Positions 38,466 through 49,612 of a DNA stretch of 64,000 nucleotides are shown in pieces. This stretch comes from an uncultured delta proteobacterium. Lineage in GTDB: Bacteria > Desulfobacterota > Binatia > UBA9968. The stretch covers positions 96,001 to 160,000 of the forward strand of contig CAVUZH010000019.1 in assembly GCA_963745835.1 (NCBI GenBank), written 5' to 3'. Under the pieces are notes generated by a model. The model made no database searches. It had not been told where the DNA came from and saw only the letters and a program-made list of their open reading frames with translations. The first letter of the stretch is position 1; every line of letters starts with the position of its first letter. The position numbers and the translations under genes were made by a program.

Positions 38466-39737
38466 ATGAAAATGCGATGGCTCACCTCTATGGTCATTAT
38501 TTTCGTTATCTCCGTCATCGGCGCAGGTTTGTTCGCGGCTCGCGAAGACGATGATGACAAACGACAGTTTCCAAAGAATGCCACCTTTACGACGCTCATC
38601 ACCACTCCGCGCCCGATTGAAGGCCTGACCGGCGATAATCATCGCAACTTATACACAGGCGGCTCCGGCATGCCTCCTTGCCCCATTTGGCAGATCAATC
38701 TAAACAACCCTGCCCTAACTCCGGTCGGGTTCGTTTTCCCGGCCACGGGAAACTGCGGCTTCTCTGGTATCGCTTTCGATGAAAACGGCGACCTGTTCGT
38801 TGCTGACGGAGCAGCGGGAACTATTTATACCTTCAAACCAAACGCGAACACGCCACCGACCGCGACCGTTTTTGCCGCCGGCGCGCCCGGAGCGAATGGA
38901 CTTGCCTTCGACAAGCGAGGAAATCTCTGGGCCAGCGACGGCACGACCGGTCAGGGAAGAGTTTGGAGAATAACCGGCTCCGGCGCAAACTGCACTGCCG
39001 CGCCGCCGGTTAACTGCCAGGAGATATTTCGGATTCAGCCGATGGCCAATGAGGTGAACCTAATTGATGGTGTTGGTGGGGTCGGTCGTGACGTCCGTGC
39101 GTTGCCGTTAGGAACGATAACCGTGACACCAACGAGTCGTAACGCCGCCAACACATTGGGTTCCCAGCCGCTGGTGGCAAACGGTTTGGCTTTCAATAAG
39201 AAGGGCGATCTGTTCAATATCGATACCGCACGGGGAGCGCTTTGGAAGATGGAATTCGATCGGGATGGAAATCTCAAAAGTCCGACCGGCTGCGATACCA
39301 CATTTACGGCTAATACGCTGTGCCTCAGTAATGTCGTCGTTGCTCATCCGATTCTCGAGGGCGGCGACGGCATCGCCCTCGATCGGGAGGGAAATGTCTG
39401 GGTGGCTGCGAATGAACGGAATGCAGTCGCTGTTGTTACGAAAGATGGAAAGGTCATCGAGGTTTTCCGTAATCTCGTTAACCTACCGCAGCCACTGTCA
39501 TTTGGCGCTGGATTGAGGAACGCGGGCGACCAATCCGTAGGCAACAATCACATTCTGGAATTTCCAACCAGTCCATTCCTTACCGGAAAAGTTTTCTGCA
39601 TCTCTCAGTCTGACGGTAATCGGCGGGACAATTCCCCCAGCACAGCCGGCGAAGTCAGCCCCGCTGGCCCCATCGGTAAAATTTCCTGCATGGACCAGGA
39701 GCTAAAGATTCCAGGTCTGCAGTTGCCGATCGATTAA
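38466..39737 (+). CDS. Secreted beta-propeller protein (SMP-30/gluconolactonase-like)
   Basis: Repeats GIAFDENGDLFV, NGLAFDKRGNLW, DGIALDREGNVWV; signal peptide; several Cys. Confidence 0.8.
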   Translation: MKMRWLTSMVIIFVISVIGAGLFAAREDDDDKRQFPKNATFTTLITTPRPIEGLTGDNHRNLYTGGSGMPPCPIWQINLNNPALTPVGFVFPATGNCGFSGIAFDENGDLFVADGAAGTIYTFKPNANTPPTATVFAAGAPGANGLAFDKRGNLWASDGTTGQGRVWRITGSGANCTAAPPVNCQEIFRIQPMANEVNLIDGVGGVGRDVRALPLGTITVTPTSRNAANTLGSQPLVANGLAFNKKGDLFNIDTARGALWKMEFDRDGNLKSPTGCDTTFTANTLCLSNVVVAHPILEGGDGIALDREGNVWVAANERNAVAVVTKDGKVIEVFRNLVNLPQPLSFGAGLRNAGDQSVGNNHILEFPTSPFLTGKVFCISQSDGNRRDNSPSTAGEVSPAGPIGKISCMDQELKIPGLQLPID

Positions 39738-39813
39738 AGTTGATTACTAAAATATGTAATTGGAGTCGATCTATGAAATTAGTTGGACTCACCGCTTCGG
39801 GCGATTAAACCTA

Positions 39814-39842
39814 GGGGCCGGAATTCATTCCGTCCCCCTTTG
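39814..39842 (+). terminator. Hairpin between convergent genes
   Basis: GGGGC-CGGAAT/ATTCCG-TCCCC followed by CTTTG. Confidence 0.45.
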
Positions 39843-39848
39843 TCTAGG

Positions 39849-41360
39849 TTACTTATCGGTTATGGCTCTCTTCAGATGGAAAAGAACAATCGCTACGGTA
39901 ATGATGGTCATGGCCCACGCGAACCAGTCGCCATAACGAACATAGTAGGTCTGCCCGTGCAAGATATCCACCTCGGCTTTTAGCACGTCGGGCACAAACA
40001 TCGGCAAAGATTCCACTAGTTCTCCTTTGGCATTAACTAGTGAGGTCACCCCGGTGTTGGTGACACGGAGCAAACTGCGGCGGGTTTCAATGGCGCGGGA
40101 TTGCGCCAGGCGCGCGTGTTGCCACGGTCCAACCGATTTGCCGTACCAGGCGTCGTTGGTAAGATTCACCAACAGGTTGGCGCCAGTTCCTTTGACGAAA
40201 TCGCGGGACAAATCAGGCATCAAATCCTCATAGCAGATCAGCGCTCCGATTCGAATGCCGCCCGGCATCTCGAACACGGCTGGACCGTTGCCCGCGGTAA
40301 AACCGTCGGCAAACGGCATTGCCGGTAGCAGCGATAGGAGTTTGGCAAACGGCAGATACTCGCCAAACGCGAGCAGGACCTGCTTGTGATATCTTCCCAA
40401 CACCCGACCAGGTGCATCCGTGAAAAAGGCCGTATTGAACGCCGTAAAGTTCGCCGTTCCGGGCTGGCCGCGGAAGCTTTTTGCACCGAAGATAAAGTGT
40501 GATTGCTCCGGCAGTGGCGGCATCAAATCGTCGGGCAGATACTGCAACTGGTCAGGTAACCAGACCTCAATCGCAGATTCCGGCCAGATTACTAAAGGCA
40601 CGACGTCCAGCTGCCTGGTTAAATTTTTGTGCTTCTCAAGGTTTTGCTTTACCAGAGATGGATTCCATTTCAGGTCGATGTCGATATTCCCCTGCACCGC
40701 CGCCACCGGCAACTTGCGCGCAGCAGCGATTTCGTAACCGACGGCACCTAAACGCTGGTACCCATAGATCAGCGACACTATCGCCATCACGACGCAGTAC
40801 GCGAACGCCGGTAGTCGCGAGCGCCGCGCCTCATTGCCTGGGTAAATGATTCGATAAGCCGCGGCATTGAACCACATCAATAAAAAGCTCGCCCCATAAG
40901 GACCAACCAGATCGGCTGTTTGAATGAACAGCAAAAACGAAACCTGGCTGTTGGCGAGATACCAGGGAAACAGCAGCGGGAACCAGAATTCGAGCGCAAC
41001 CCAGAATACTGCCGGCAAAATCTGTAACGGCCCAAATCCAAACCGGCGCACAAGATAGACAAAGATCGCCATCTGCAATCCCTGTAAAATCGCGTAGAGC
41101 AGGAAGACAAGGCTGCTAATCGGATAGGGAAAACCGCCGAACACATTGATGGTGTAGACAAGCCAATGAAATCCGATCAGGTGAGCGACAGTGCCCATCA
41201 GCCAGCCGAACAAAACCGCCCGGCGTAGAGTTTCCGCTCTACTGATTACCCAAAAAAGCGGCACGAAGGCGATCCAGGCAAACAGAAATAAACTCGGCGC
41301 GAGATAAGGCGCGGCTAGTAGAATGGCTGATACTAGAAGCGCGAGCGATTTGCTTGACAT
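39849..41360 (-). CDS. lnt: Apolipoprotein N-acyltransferase
   Basis: VQGNI, IWPESA, YHK..L..FGEYLP, LICYE, TNDAWYG, NTGVT. Confidence 0.95.
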   Translation of the reverse strand: MSSKSLALLVSAILLAAPYLAPSLFLFAWIAFVPLFWVISRAETLRRAVLFGWLMGTVAHLIGFHWLVYTINVFGGFPYPISSLVFLLYAILQGLQMAIFVYLVRRFGFGPLQILPAVFWVALEFWFPLLFPWYLANSQVSFLLFIQTADLVGPYGASFLLMWFNAAAYRIIYPGNEARRSRLPAFAYCVVMAIVSLIYGYQRLGAVGYEIAAARKLPVAAVQGNIDIDLKWNPSLVKQNLEKHKNLTRQLDVVPLVIWPESAIEVWLPDQLQYLPDDLMPPLPEQSHFIFGAKSFRGQPGTANFTAFNTAFFTDAPGRVLGRYHKQVLLAFGEYLPFAKLLSLLPAMPFADGFTAGNGPAVFEMPGGIRIGALICYEDLMPDLSRDFVKGTGANLLVNLTNDAWYGKSVGPWQHARLAQSRAIETRRSLLRVTNTGVTSLVNAKGELVESLPMFVPDVLKAEVDILHGQTYYVRYGDWFAWAMTIITVAIVLFHLKRAITDK

Positions 41361-41460
41361 ATTAACTTTCGACCTATAAATAAATAATCCCATCATACGT
41401 TTGAAAATTATCACGAACCATCAGTGAAAACATAATCACCCGGGTTAGCGGAGGCGCATC

Positions 41461-43137
41461 ATGGAATTGACGCAACGAAAACTCGTGTCGCTGGCTATGG
41501 CGATTCTTATGACTGTTGTTTTCGGCGGATCCGCAGCCGGTCAATCTGTGCTTGGCAATGATTGGGAAAAATTTTTCGAAGAAAAGGTCTCGTTCGGCGG
41601 ATTCGTTGAGAATACGACCGGGTTCTCCATAAGCCATGGGAGCAGTTTTTTCAACACGTCGAACCGCTTCATCATGAACCGGTTTACCATTCAGCCCGAG
41701 TTTAATTTTGAATTCACGGAAAGTTTCAAACTTTTCCTTTCCTGGAGATTCGTTGCCGAACCGCGTTACAGCGCCGAAACCAAAAGCCGGGAAGCAGCCG
41801 TGCAACCGGCAGGAACCGGCGGAGCATTGCCTACGGATTTCTATTCTGAGTACAAGGGTGTTCCGTGGGAGGCAGTGGCAGACATTCTACCCACGGATGG
41901 ATTGCATCTAAGAGTCGGCCGGCAATTCATCTCATGGGGTGAAACGGACGGGCAGAGGCTTCTAGACGTCATCAATCCTCAAAATTTAACCTTTTCCCCA
42001 CCGGCGGCTGTCAATCTCTTTAGTTTGGAAGAAACCCGAGTGCCCCAGTGGGGAGTCAGAATGCTGTACACCGTACGCCCGGTCAGCAATACAATTCTAG
42101 AACTTTTTGGCAATCCCGGTTTCGAGGATAAGAAAGACCGAGTCGATGAGTTTTCACCGACCAACGATATTAGCGACGGCAAAGCCGACGGTGATCTAAG
42201 GTACGGACGATGGTCCGCGCACCCCGAATCCCGCATGCCGGTTACCCGTCTTTATGCCAACCCGATTGGACCGGTACCCGTCGTAGTGCCTGCCTTCAGG
42301 AGGGATTATCCCGATGCCGGTGATGCATGGAAAATCGGTGGCCGGATTACGCACAGCTTCGGTGAGCTAAATGCCGGTATCGGTTACATACGCGGTTACA
42401 ATCCCCAAGCCAATGATATGGTTTTCAAATTGAAAGGTGCGCCGACTTCTTGCGGGCCACCCGCCTGCCCTCCAGGAGGAACGCTGGTGCGGGCTGATCT
42501 GGTTAACGATCAGACCAATATCTTCGCTGCTCATTTTAACTATCCGATCGGGGAGCCGTTGGGTATTCCTATAAAATCTGCGATGAGGGGGGAACTCGCT
42601 TTTTATCCGGACAAACCTTACAACATCGGTGAGTTTCCTGGGCGAAATTGTACGACCGGCGCATCGACCGGTTTCAGAGCCGGTCCCAGCTGTGAGCATA
42701 CGGACAATGTCGTCGAGAAGCATACCATCCGGTATGCTCTGGGCTTTGACCGATCGACGTTTATTCCGTTTCTTCAAGACGATCCCTGGCGCCCCTTTCG
42801 TATGAGTTTGCAAATCTTCCAAAGCATTATTTTAGACCATGAGGACGGCATTCACGCTTTCGGGCACGCGACAAAAATCGACCGGGTTTCAACCTTATTT
42901 ACCTTTAGAATCGGTACCGGATACTTAGGCGATACGATTCTACCGGATGTCTTTCTCGGCTATGATCCAGCGGGATACTATTCGGTTAACCCGGCGATAA
43001 CTTACCAGCCACCGTGGAACGAAAAGATTCAACTTACACTCACTAGCGCCATCTATGGCGGGCATAATAAGTTCGGCGGTCTGGGACTTTTCTCCGAAAA
43101 AGATTCAGTCTTTCTGAAGATGCGCTATCAATTTTAG
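41461..43137 (+). CDS. DUF1302-like outer membrane beta-barrel protein
   Basis: Signal peptide, RVGRQFISWGETD..RLLDVINP, C-terminal ..FLKMRYQF barrel signature; operon context. Confidence 0.8.
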   Translation: MELTQRKLVSLAMAILMTVVFGGSAAGQSVLGNDWEKFFEEKVSFGGFVENTTGFSISHGSSFFNTSNRFIMNRFTIQPEFNFEFTESFKLFLSWRFVAEPRYSAETKSREAAVQPAGTGGALPTDFYSEYKGVPWEAVADILPTDGLHLRVGRQFISWGETDGQRLLDVINPQNLTFSPPAAVNLFSLEETRVPQWGVRMLYTVRPVSNTILELFGNPGFEDKKDRVDEFSPTNDISDGKADGDLRYGRWSAHPESRMPVTRLYANPIGPVPVVVPAFRRDYPDAGDAWKIGGRITHSFGELNAGIGYIRGYNPQANDMVFKLKGAPTSCGPPACPPGGTLVRADLVNDQTNIFAAHFNYPIGEPLGIPIKSAMRGELAFYPDKPYNIGEFPGRNCTTGASTGFRAGPSCEHTDNVVEKHTIRYALGFDRSTFIPFLQDDPWRPFRMSLQIFQSIILDHEDGIHAFGHATKIDRVSTLFTFRIGTGYLGDTILPDVFLGYDPAGYYSVNPAITYQPPWNEKIQLTLTSAIYGGHNKFGGLGLFSEKDSVFLKMRYQF

Positions 43138-43160
43138 GTTTACGATTGGGAGATTTAGAA

Positions 43161-44414
43161 ATGAAGGTCATAGCCCACAGTCAATGCTCGGTCGCGCGCA
43201 ATTCCGCGGCCGTGTCGTTTTTTTTATACATCGTTATGCTTTTGTGTTTTCCTGCGATCACTGCCGCCGCCGAAGCTGATGTAAAGCCGGGGGACACTAT
43301 CGGTCCACAAAATTGGCAGCGCATCGAGGGCATGGTGGGGGAAAATCTACTCAACCGGGTCAAGAGTGGTTACACAATCCAGATCAAGCAGTCTAAGACC
43401 TACCAGCCACTCAAGGAATACGTTGAAGCCACAGAAAAATACGCCGGCAAGGTGGGCCTCGGCCCCAACGGAGAGCTGCTCAACTATGTGGCCGGCCAGC
43501 CGTTTCCTAAGTTCGATCCGGGCGATCCCCACATCGGGCAAAAGCTAGCTTGGAATTTTTTCTATCGCTGGTTGGGCGACGATTACAAAACCGGCGGTGC
43601 GGTCAAGGGCGGGAAAATTCTACGCGCGGCCATCGAGAAAGACGGCTCTGAACGCCGCGCTGACCTGGTCTCCTACTTTCTTTTTCCTAGCACCCGCTAC
43701 AGCTTGAATCCCAAGCCTGCAATTCCGGGCTACGAACATATAGATTTCATGCAGCTTCGGGTCGACAGCTATCCGCGCGACGCCTCGGGCACGACGACGC
43801 TGGAGACTCGTTACAAAGATCCCGGCCGAGCCGATGATCTGTATATTTATCTTCCGAGCATCCGGAGAATCCGGCGCGCCACCACAACCCAGAGATGCCA
43901 GACGTTGGCGCCGAGCGAATTCAACCTGGACGACATCAATAGCTTCAACGGCAAAATTACCGATTTTAATTATAAGTACCTGGGCGACAAGAAGATCTTG
44001 GCGAACATCAGCCAGGTGCATCTGCCCTTCGCGCGCAAGCCGGGCGATTACTTGCCATTGGATGAGCAGTGGGAGGTTGTGGATACCCACGTGCTGGAGA
44101 TCACTCCCAAGGATTCGAACTATTGTTACCCGAGAAAACTTCTTCATCTCAATAAGGTGACTTTTGATACCCATTGGACGTTGATGTGGGATAGCAAAGG
44201 GGCCTATTGGAAAGAACAGTTTGGTTTCTTCACCCCAATAAAACTCGCCGATGGCCGCGAAGTTTGGTCGGTGGGCGATGTGGTCATCCACAATGTTCAG
44301 AATGGTCGAAGCACAATCGTTACCGCCACCCGTGCTTATAATCAGGGTTATCCGGCAAGTATGTTTAGCCTCGGAACCTTGCAGAGCATCATGCGCGGAG
44401 GATCGATTGAATAA
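43161..44414 (+). CDS. DUF1329 family periplasmic protein (LolA-like)
   Basis: I..QNW, YVAGQPFP, KLAWNF, YIYLPSIRRIRR, DD..FNG. Confidence 0.85.
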   Translation: MKVIAHSQCSVARNSAAVSFFLYIVMLLCFPAITAAAEADVKPGDTIGPQNWQRIEGMVGENLLNRVKSGYTIQIKQSKTYQPLKEYVEATEKYAGKVGLGPNGELLNYVAGQPFPKFDPGDPHIGQKLAWNFFYRWLGDDYKTGGAVKGGKILRAAIEKDGSERRADLVSYFLFPSTRYSLNPKPAIPGYEHIDFMQLRVDSYPRDASGTTTLETRYKDPGRADDLYIYLPSIRRIRRATTTQRCQTLAPSEFNLDDINSFNGKITDFNYKYLGDKKILANISQVHLPFARKPGDYLPLDEQWEVVDTHVLEITPKDSNYCYPRKLLHLNKVTFDTHWTLMWDSKGAYWKEQFGFFTPIKLADGREVWSVGDVVIHNVQNGRSTIVTATRAYNQGYPASMFSLGTLQSIMRGGSIE

Positions 44415-44473
44415 TGGCGATCTGAGTTGATGGATCCTAATCTTTTTCCAGCTTTCGAATTTAGATCCGCTCC

Positions 44474-45505
44474 ATGCGTTTCATCTTTTCTTTTCTCACA
44501 TGGGTGATCCTGGGGTTAGCTCCGGTAATTCTTACTGTTCATGCGGCCACTCTCTCGAAAGAACCCGCGCTCCAAGAGAATTTCTACGGTGTTCACGTCT
44601 CAGACAATCTCTCTTGGATTGTTGGCTACTACGGGACAATCCTGCACTCGGCGAATCGTGGTAAAACCTGGGAAATCCAAGCAAGCCCGACGCGCCAAGC
44701 TCTATTTACTGTGCGTTTCGTCAGCCCGTTGAATGGCTGGATTACCGGCAGCTCCGGTACGGTTTTGCGGACCCGCGACGGCGGCATGAGTTGGCATCCT
44801 CAGCCGCTGAACATTGCAGAGCATCTGTTTGCTTCACATTGGCTGGATGAGAGCCACGGGTGGCTTGCCGGCAGCCGGGGCATGACTATCCAAACCAGCG
44901 ATGGTGGCCGCTCCTGGAGCAAGAATGTAGTGCCCGGCGATTTCACTTTCAACGCGGTCACCTTCGCCAACGCTTCGCGCGGATGGCTCGCCGGGGAATT
45001 TGGCGTCATTTTTCAGAGTTCGGATGGCGGTAAAAGCTGGGTGAAGCAAAAAAGCCCAGTCGAAGTTTCGTTTGACAGCGGCGCGAGCCAGAATTTGTTC
45101 GCGCTGCTATTCACGGCATCGGGCAACGGCTACGCCTTCGGCCTCGACGGACTCGTGCTCAATGCCAAGGACAGATCTCGCTGGGAGATCATTCGGCAGC
45201 GGGAAAACTCCCATGGCACAAATGCGGCCCACCATTTGTTCGCCGCAGCCGAATTCAACGGACGCATCTGGGCGGTCGGCGAAAGAGGCACGCTGCTCCA
45301 ATCGGATGTCGACAACTCATCCTGGCGCCAAGCCGAACTGCAGATCCCACGTCTTAGCTTGAACGCCATCGCCTTCGGCAAAGACGGATTCGGTCTGGTA
45401 GTGGGCAATCGCGGGCTCGTGCTGAGAACCGAAGACGGCGGCAAGAGCTGGCAGCGGCTCAAGATCATCAGCCGAACCCTGGAAAACCTTCAAAACGCCC
45501 GATGA
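44474..45505 (+). CDS. YCF48-like / BNR-repeat beta-propeller protein
   Basis: Repeated W..G..G.I..(S/T).DGG.SW Asp-box units. Confidence 0.9.
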   Translation: MRFIFSFLTWVILGLAPVILTVHAATLSKEPALQENFYGVHVSDNLSWIVGYYGTILHSANRGKTWEIQASPTRQALFTVRFVSPLNGWITGSSGTVLRTRDGGMSWHPQPLNIAEHLFASHWLDESHGWLAGSRGMTIQTSDGGRSWSKNVVPGDFTFNAVTFANASRGWLAGEFGVIFQSSDGGKSWVKQKSPVEVSFDSGASQNLFALLFTASGNGYAFGLDGLVLNAKDRSRWEIIRQRENSHGTNAAHHLFAAAEFNGRIWAVGERGTLLQSDVDNSSWRQAELQIPRLSLNAIAFGKDGFGLVVGNRGLVLRTEDGGKSWQRLKIISRTLENLQNAR

Positions 45506-47824
45506 GACGCCTCGCCACCTTCATTGTCAATAAGCGCGCCATCATTTTAGGGTTCATCGTCGCCGCCACCCTGTGGTTTGCTTACCTTTCGGTCAAGATC
45601 GAGATGTACACCGCCTTCTCGGATCTTTTGCCGTCCGATCATCCCTATATCCGTGTCCATGAGCGATATTGGAAGACTTTCGGCGGCGCCAATGTCGTGC
45701 TCCTATCGGTAGAGGTCTCCGAGGGCGATATCTTCAACGCTCCGGTTTTGGAGAAAATTAAAAAACTCACCGAGGTGGTTGAGCAAACTCCGGGCGCGAA
45801 CAATTACCAAATATTTTCCATCGCTCGACAGAAGGTTAAAGACGTGCGCGCCACCGCATGGGGCATCGAAGTACAACCCGTGATGTGGCCGAACGTGCCG
45901 CAAAACCGTGACGAAATCGAGCGGCTGCGCGATATCGTTTACGCCAATCCGACGATTGTCGGGCGGCTCGTTTCCGAGGATGGCAAGGCGGCGCTCATCA
46001 CTGCGGCATTTCACGAAGAACGGCTCGACTATGCCGTGTTGTTCGACCGCATCCAACAAGCGATCGAGCAAGCGGAAGATGCCAACACCCGTGTCTTCGC
46101 CGCCGGCGAACCGATTCTCTACGGCTGGATTTATCATCATCTTAGCTCCATCACGCTGATCGTCGCATTCACATGTTTGAGCATCCTGGCGATTCTGACT
46201 CTCTATTACCGAAATCTAAACGGGGTCATGATTCCGCTGCTATCTGCCGGGATAACTTTCATTTGGGGAACCGGCTTTAGCGCTCTTATGGGATATAACT
46301 TCGAGCCGCTGATTCTGGTCGTGCCGTTTTTGATCGCCGCTCGGACAATCAGTCATTCCATCCAATTTCGCGAGCGCTTTTTCGAAGAGCTCGAACGCTA
46401 CGGCGATAAAGAGAAAGCCGCCATCGAGTCGGCGGCCGGCTTGATCATGCCCGGCAGTGTTTCAATCTTGACGGATGCCATCGGCTTGACCGTTCTCCTG
46501 GTCGCGCCAATGCCGATACTGACCAAGCTGGCGATCGCGGGAAGCTTCTGGGTCCTCAGCAATTTGGTCACCGTGGTGATCCTCGATCCGATCCTCTGCT
46601 GCTACTTTCCTACCCCGCGACAGGCGCCAAAAGGCGGTGAGGGTCATTGGCTCGAAGCGCCGCTCCGCCGCATAGCTGGTTTCTGCGTCGGTCCGATGGG
46701 CCGACGTCATGGTCATCGCCGGATTTGCCCTGGTGATCGGTTGGAGCCTCTATTGGTACCAATTTCTCACAGTCGGCGACTCGCGACCGGGCTCGCCGCT
46801 GCTCTGGCCCGACGCTGACTACAACCAGAGCGTCAAACACATCAACGACAAATTCCAGGGCACTGATCATCTTTACGTCATCGTCGAGGGGCAAACCGAG
46901 AGCACGATGAAGGCCCCCCCAGTGCTGGAAAAGATCGAAGCTTTTCAACGTCACATGTTGCGCTCACCACATGTCGGCTCCAGCGACTCTTTGGTTGATC
47001 TCACTCGCCAGATCAATACGGTTTTACACTACAATGATCCGCGTTGGAGCCTTCTGCCGCGCACCGGCGACGAGGTCGGCGGAATCTTGATGGTCGCCGA
47101 GCACGGCAGCGAGCCCGGCGATTTTGATCGATGGGTCAATTACAATTTCCAGCACGGCCGCGTGACCTTTTTTCTCTACGATCATAAGGGCGACACGTTG
47201 CGTGAAGTCATTGATCGAGCGACGGAGTTTATCGACGGCAATCCGATGGAAGCCGCTCAGTTCAAGCTCGCCAGCGGCTATGCCGGCGTGCTTGCCGCGG
47301 CCAATGAAGTCATTGCGCGCTCGGACAAGCTCACCTTGGGATTGATGCTGCTTGCGCAATTGATTTTCTGCGCCATCGGCTTCCGCTCGCTCACCGCCGG
47401 CGTATTGTTTGTCGGCGTCGTTTTGATGTCAAATACCTTCGGCATGGCGCTGATGGCGTACTGGAATGTCGGACTTAATGTCAATACACTGCCGGTAATC
47501 AGTCTAGGCGTCGGCTTCGGCGAGGACTATGGCATCTATATCGTTTCGCGGATGATCGAAGAGTATCGGCGTCAGAATCGAAGCGACTTAAAGCAGGCGC
47601 TCGTCGATGGAGTGGCGACCGCCGGCAAAGCGGTTCTGTACACCGCGTTCCTGATCTCGGCAAGCATCGCCTTCTGGGCTTTCTCGCCATTGCGCTTCCA
47701 ATCTGAAATGGGGACTCAGCTCCTGATCATACTGACAATGAACATGCTGGGCGGTTTGCTGCTGTTGCCGGCGCTGATCGCGCTACTAAAGCCTAAATTC
47801 ATCGCGGGAGATGAAAAGCCATGA
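45502..47824 (+). CDS. MMPL/RND-family inner membrane transporter, frameshifted near 46700
   Basis: ORFs 45502-46818 and 46709-47824 are the two halves (DLLPSDHP, ARTISHSIQ; GVGFGEDYGIY, LRFQSEMG), one base out of frame. Confidence 0.85.
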
Positions 47825-48834
47825 AATCTTCCAGCGGCATTCGAAACACTTTCAAACGAAATGTTCTAAAAGCCTTTGTCATCGGTTTGCTGATGGCGGC
47901 ATGGCCGTGCGCCGCGGCGACGAAGATTCGCATGGCTCAACCGGTGATCGCGATGATGTACGCACCGCTTTACTTCGGTGTCCATCACGGGATCTTTGCC
48001 GACGCGGGATTCGAGTTGGAATTTATGACCATGCGCACGGATCTGGCGATTGCCGCATTGGGTACCGGTGATGTCGATTACATCGTGCACGGCGGCGCTG
48101 CGCTGCGCGCCGCCGCCCAGGGCTTCCCACTCAAGCTTATTTTTGCCCTCGATGATAAGACACCGTTTTGGCTGGCGGCGCGGCCGCAAATCAAGGATGT
48201 CCGTCAGCTTACCGGAAAGAAAATCGGCATCAGCTTTCCGGGTGATACGCCGCAAATCATTCTCAAACGCTTTCTGCGCCGCCAAGGGATCGATCCGGAT
48301 CGCGATGTTGCCTACGTCTCGGGTCAATTCTCGCCGACGGCTCTGCAGAGTCTCTTGGGCGGTGTTCTGGACGCCGCGGTACTGGCGCCACCTTTCAACG
48401 TAATCGGCGCCGAGAAGGGCTTGACCATGCTTTCGTTTCTTGGCGAGTCCGTGCCTGACGCCAGCTCTTCGAACGGCATCGTCACCAGCGCGCAAAAGAT
48501 TAAGTCTAACCCGGAACAGGTGAGGCGCCTCGTGCGCGCGAGTCTCAAATCGCTCTATGATTTTCGCCGCAACAAAGCATCGGCCATTGAATTTCTTGCG
48601 GCCCATTTCGAAATTCCGAAGAACATTGCAGCCAAAGCGTATTCTAACGGACTGGATATTTTGACCCCAGACGGAGAGATCAGCGCCGAAAAATTGCGCC
48701 AGATTTTATCGATGATGCAGGATACCGGAAAAAAGGATACCGGAACCATAAGTGCGCCTTCGCTGATCGATTTCTCTTTTCTCCGTGAAGCACAGAAGCA
48801 GCTCAAACAGCAGGCGAGCGGCAATCCTCGCTGA
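47821..48834 (+). CDS. SsuA/THI5-like substrate-binding protein
   Basis: Signal peptide, LTGKKIGI, GVLDAAVLAPP; ATGA overlap with MMPL gene. Confidence 0.9.
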   Translation: MKSSSGIRNTFKRNVLKAFVIGLLMAAWPCAAATKIRMAQPVIAMMYAPLYFGVHHGIFADAGFELEFMTMRTDLAIAALGTGDVDYIVHGGAALRAAAQGFPLKLIFALDDKTPFWLAARPQIKDVRQLTGKKIGISFPGDTPQIILKRFLRRQGIDPDRDVAYVSGQFSPTALQSLLGGVLDAAVLAPPFNVIGAEKGLTMLSFLGESVPDASSSNGIVTSAQKIKSNPEQVRRLVRASLKSLYDFRRNKASAIEFLAAHFEIPKNIAAKAYSNGLDILTPDGEISAEKLRQILSMMQDTGKKDTGTISAPSLIDFSFLREAQKQLKQQASGNPR

Positions 48835-48958
48835 TCATCATCCTTGATTACACGCGGTGAAGCGGTGACGATCAATACCGACGACAGCCCGCGCTAAGGC
48901 ATGACCCTGAGATTACCGGAATGTTGGCGGATAGGTCCAAACACCGCCGGAGACGGGA

Positions 48959-49531
48959 TCAAAGTTTCTTAACTTCGAAGTCATAAACAAGCTCCAGGAA
49001 CTGCACGATGATTCTGGCGGTAACGCCCCAAACATCCCAGCCGTTCACATGAAAGTGATAGCTCGGATTTCCCCGGGGCGAAAGATATTGGTCAATGGTG
49101 AAGTTGGGCGGCGATAGCAGAGCTGAGATCGGCACCGAGCACACCGCCGCGGTCTCCGCCGGATTGAGTACGAAGTCGCACGTAGCAGGTATCACGCCGA
49201 CAAACGGGGTAACAAGAAATCCATAGCCTGCCTCCGCTTGATCCAATTGTCCCAGAATTCGCACTTCATCGGGATGGATACCGATCTCTTCATAGCTCTC
49301 GCGCAATGCCGCTTCCGCTTCGCTCCGGTCGTCGGGATCCACACGCCCGCCAGGAAATGCCACTTGGCCGCTGTGATGGCTCATCCGCTCGGCGCGCTTG
49401 GTTAAGACGAGATAATCATCGTCTTCCCGTTCCTGGATGGGGATCAACACCGCCGCTGGTTTGTAATGATTTCCTGAAATGGTTTTCGGCGAACGAACTT
49501 TGAGAGCTTGAGATATCTTGTGAACAACCAT
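48959..49531 (-). CDS. Nudix CoA pyrophosphatase (NudL-like)
   Basis: AAVLIP, HSGQVAFPGG, ALRESYEEIG, VWGVTA. Confidence 0.92.
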   Translation of the reverse strand: MVVHKISQALKVRSPKTISGNHYKPAAVLIPIQEREDDDYLVLTKRAERMSHHSGQVAFPGGRVDPDDRSEAEAALRESYEEIGIHPDEVRILGQLDQAEAGYGFLVTPFVGVIPATCDFVLNPAETAAVCSVPISALLSPPNFTIDQYLSPRGNPSYHFHVNGWDVWGVTARIIVQFLELVYDFEVKKL

Positions 49532-49612
49532 GGCTGAGAAATGTTGACCCGACAGCGATCTGTGATATGAACCTGTTTCAATTTAGCCAATCAGCAAAAC
49601 AAAAACCACTCA

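Noticed and set aside
46690-46720. Programmed frameshift or genuine split MMPL
   Set aside because: No slippery heptamer or RBS for the second half, and similar single indels occur elsewhere in the window
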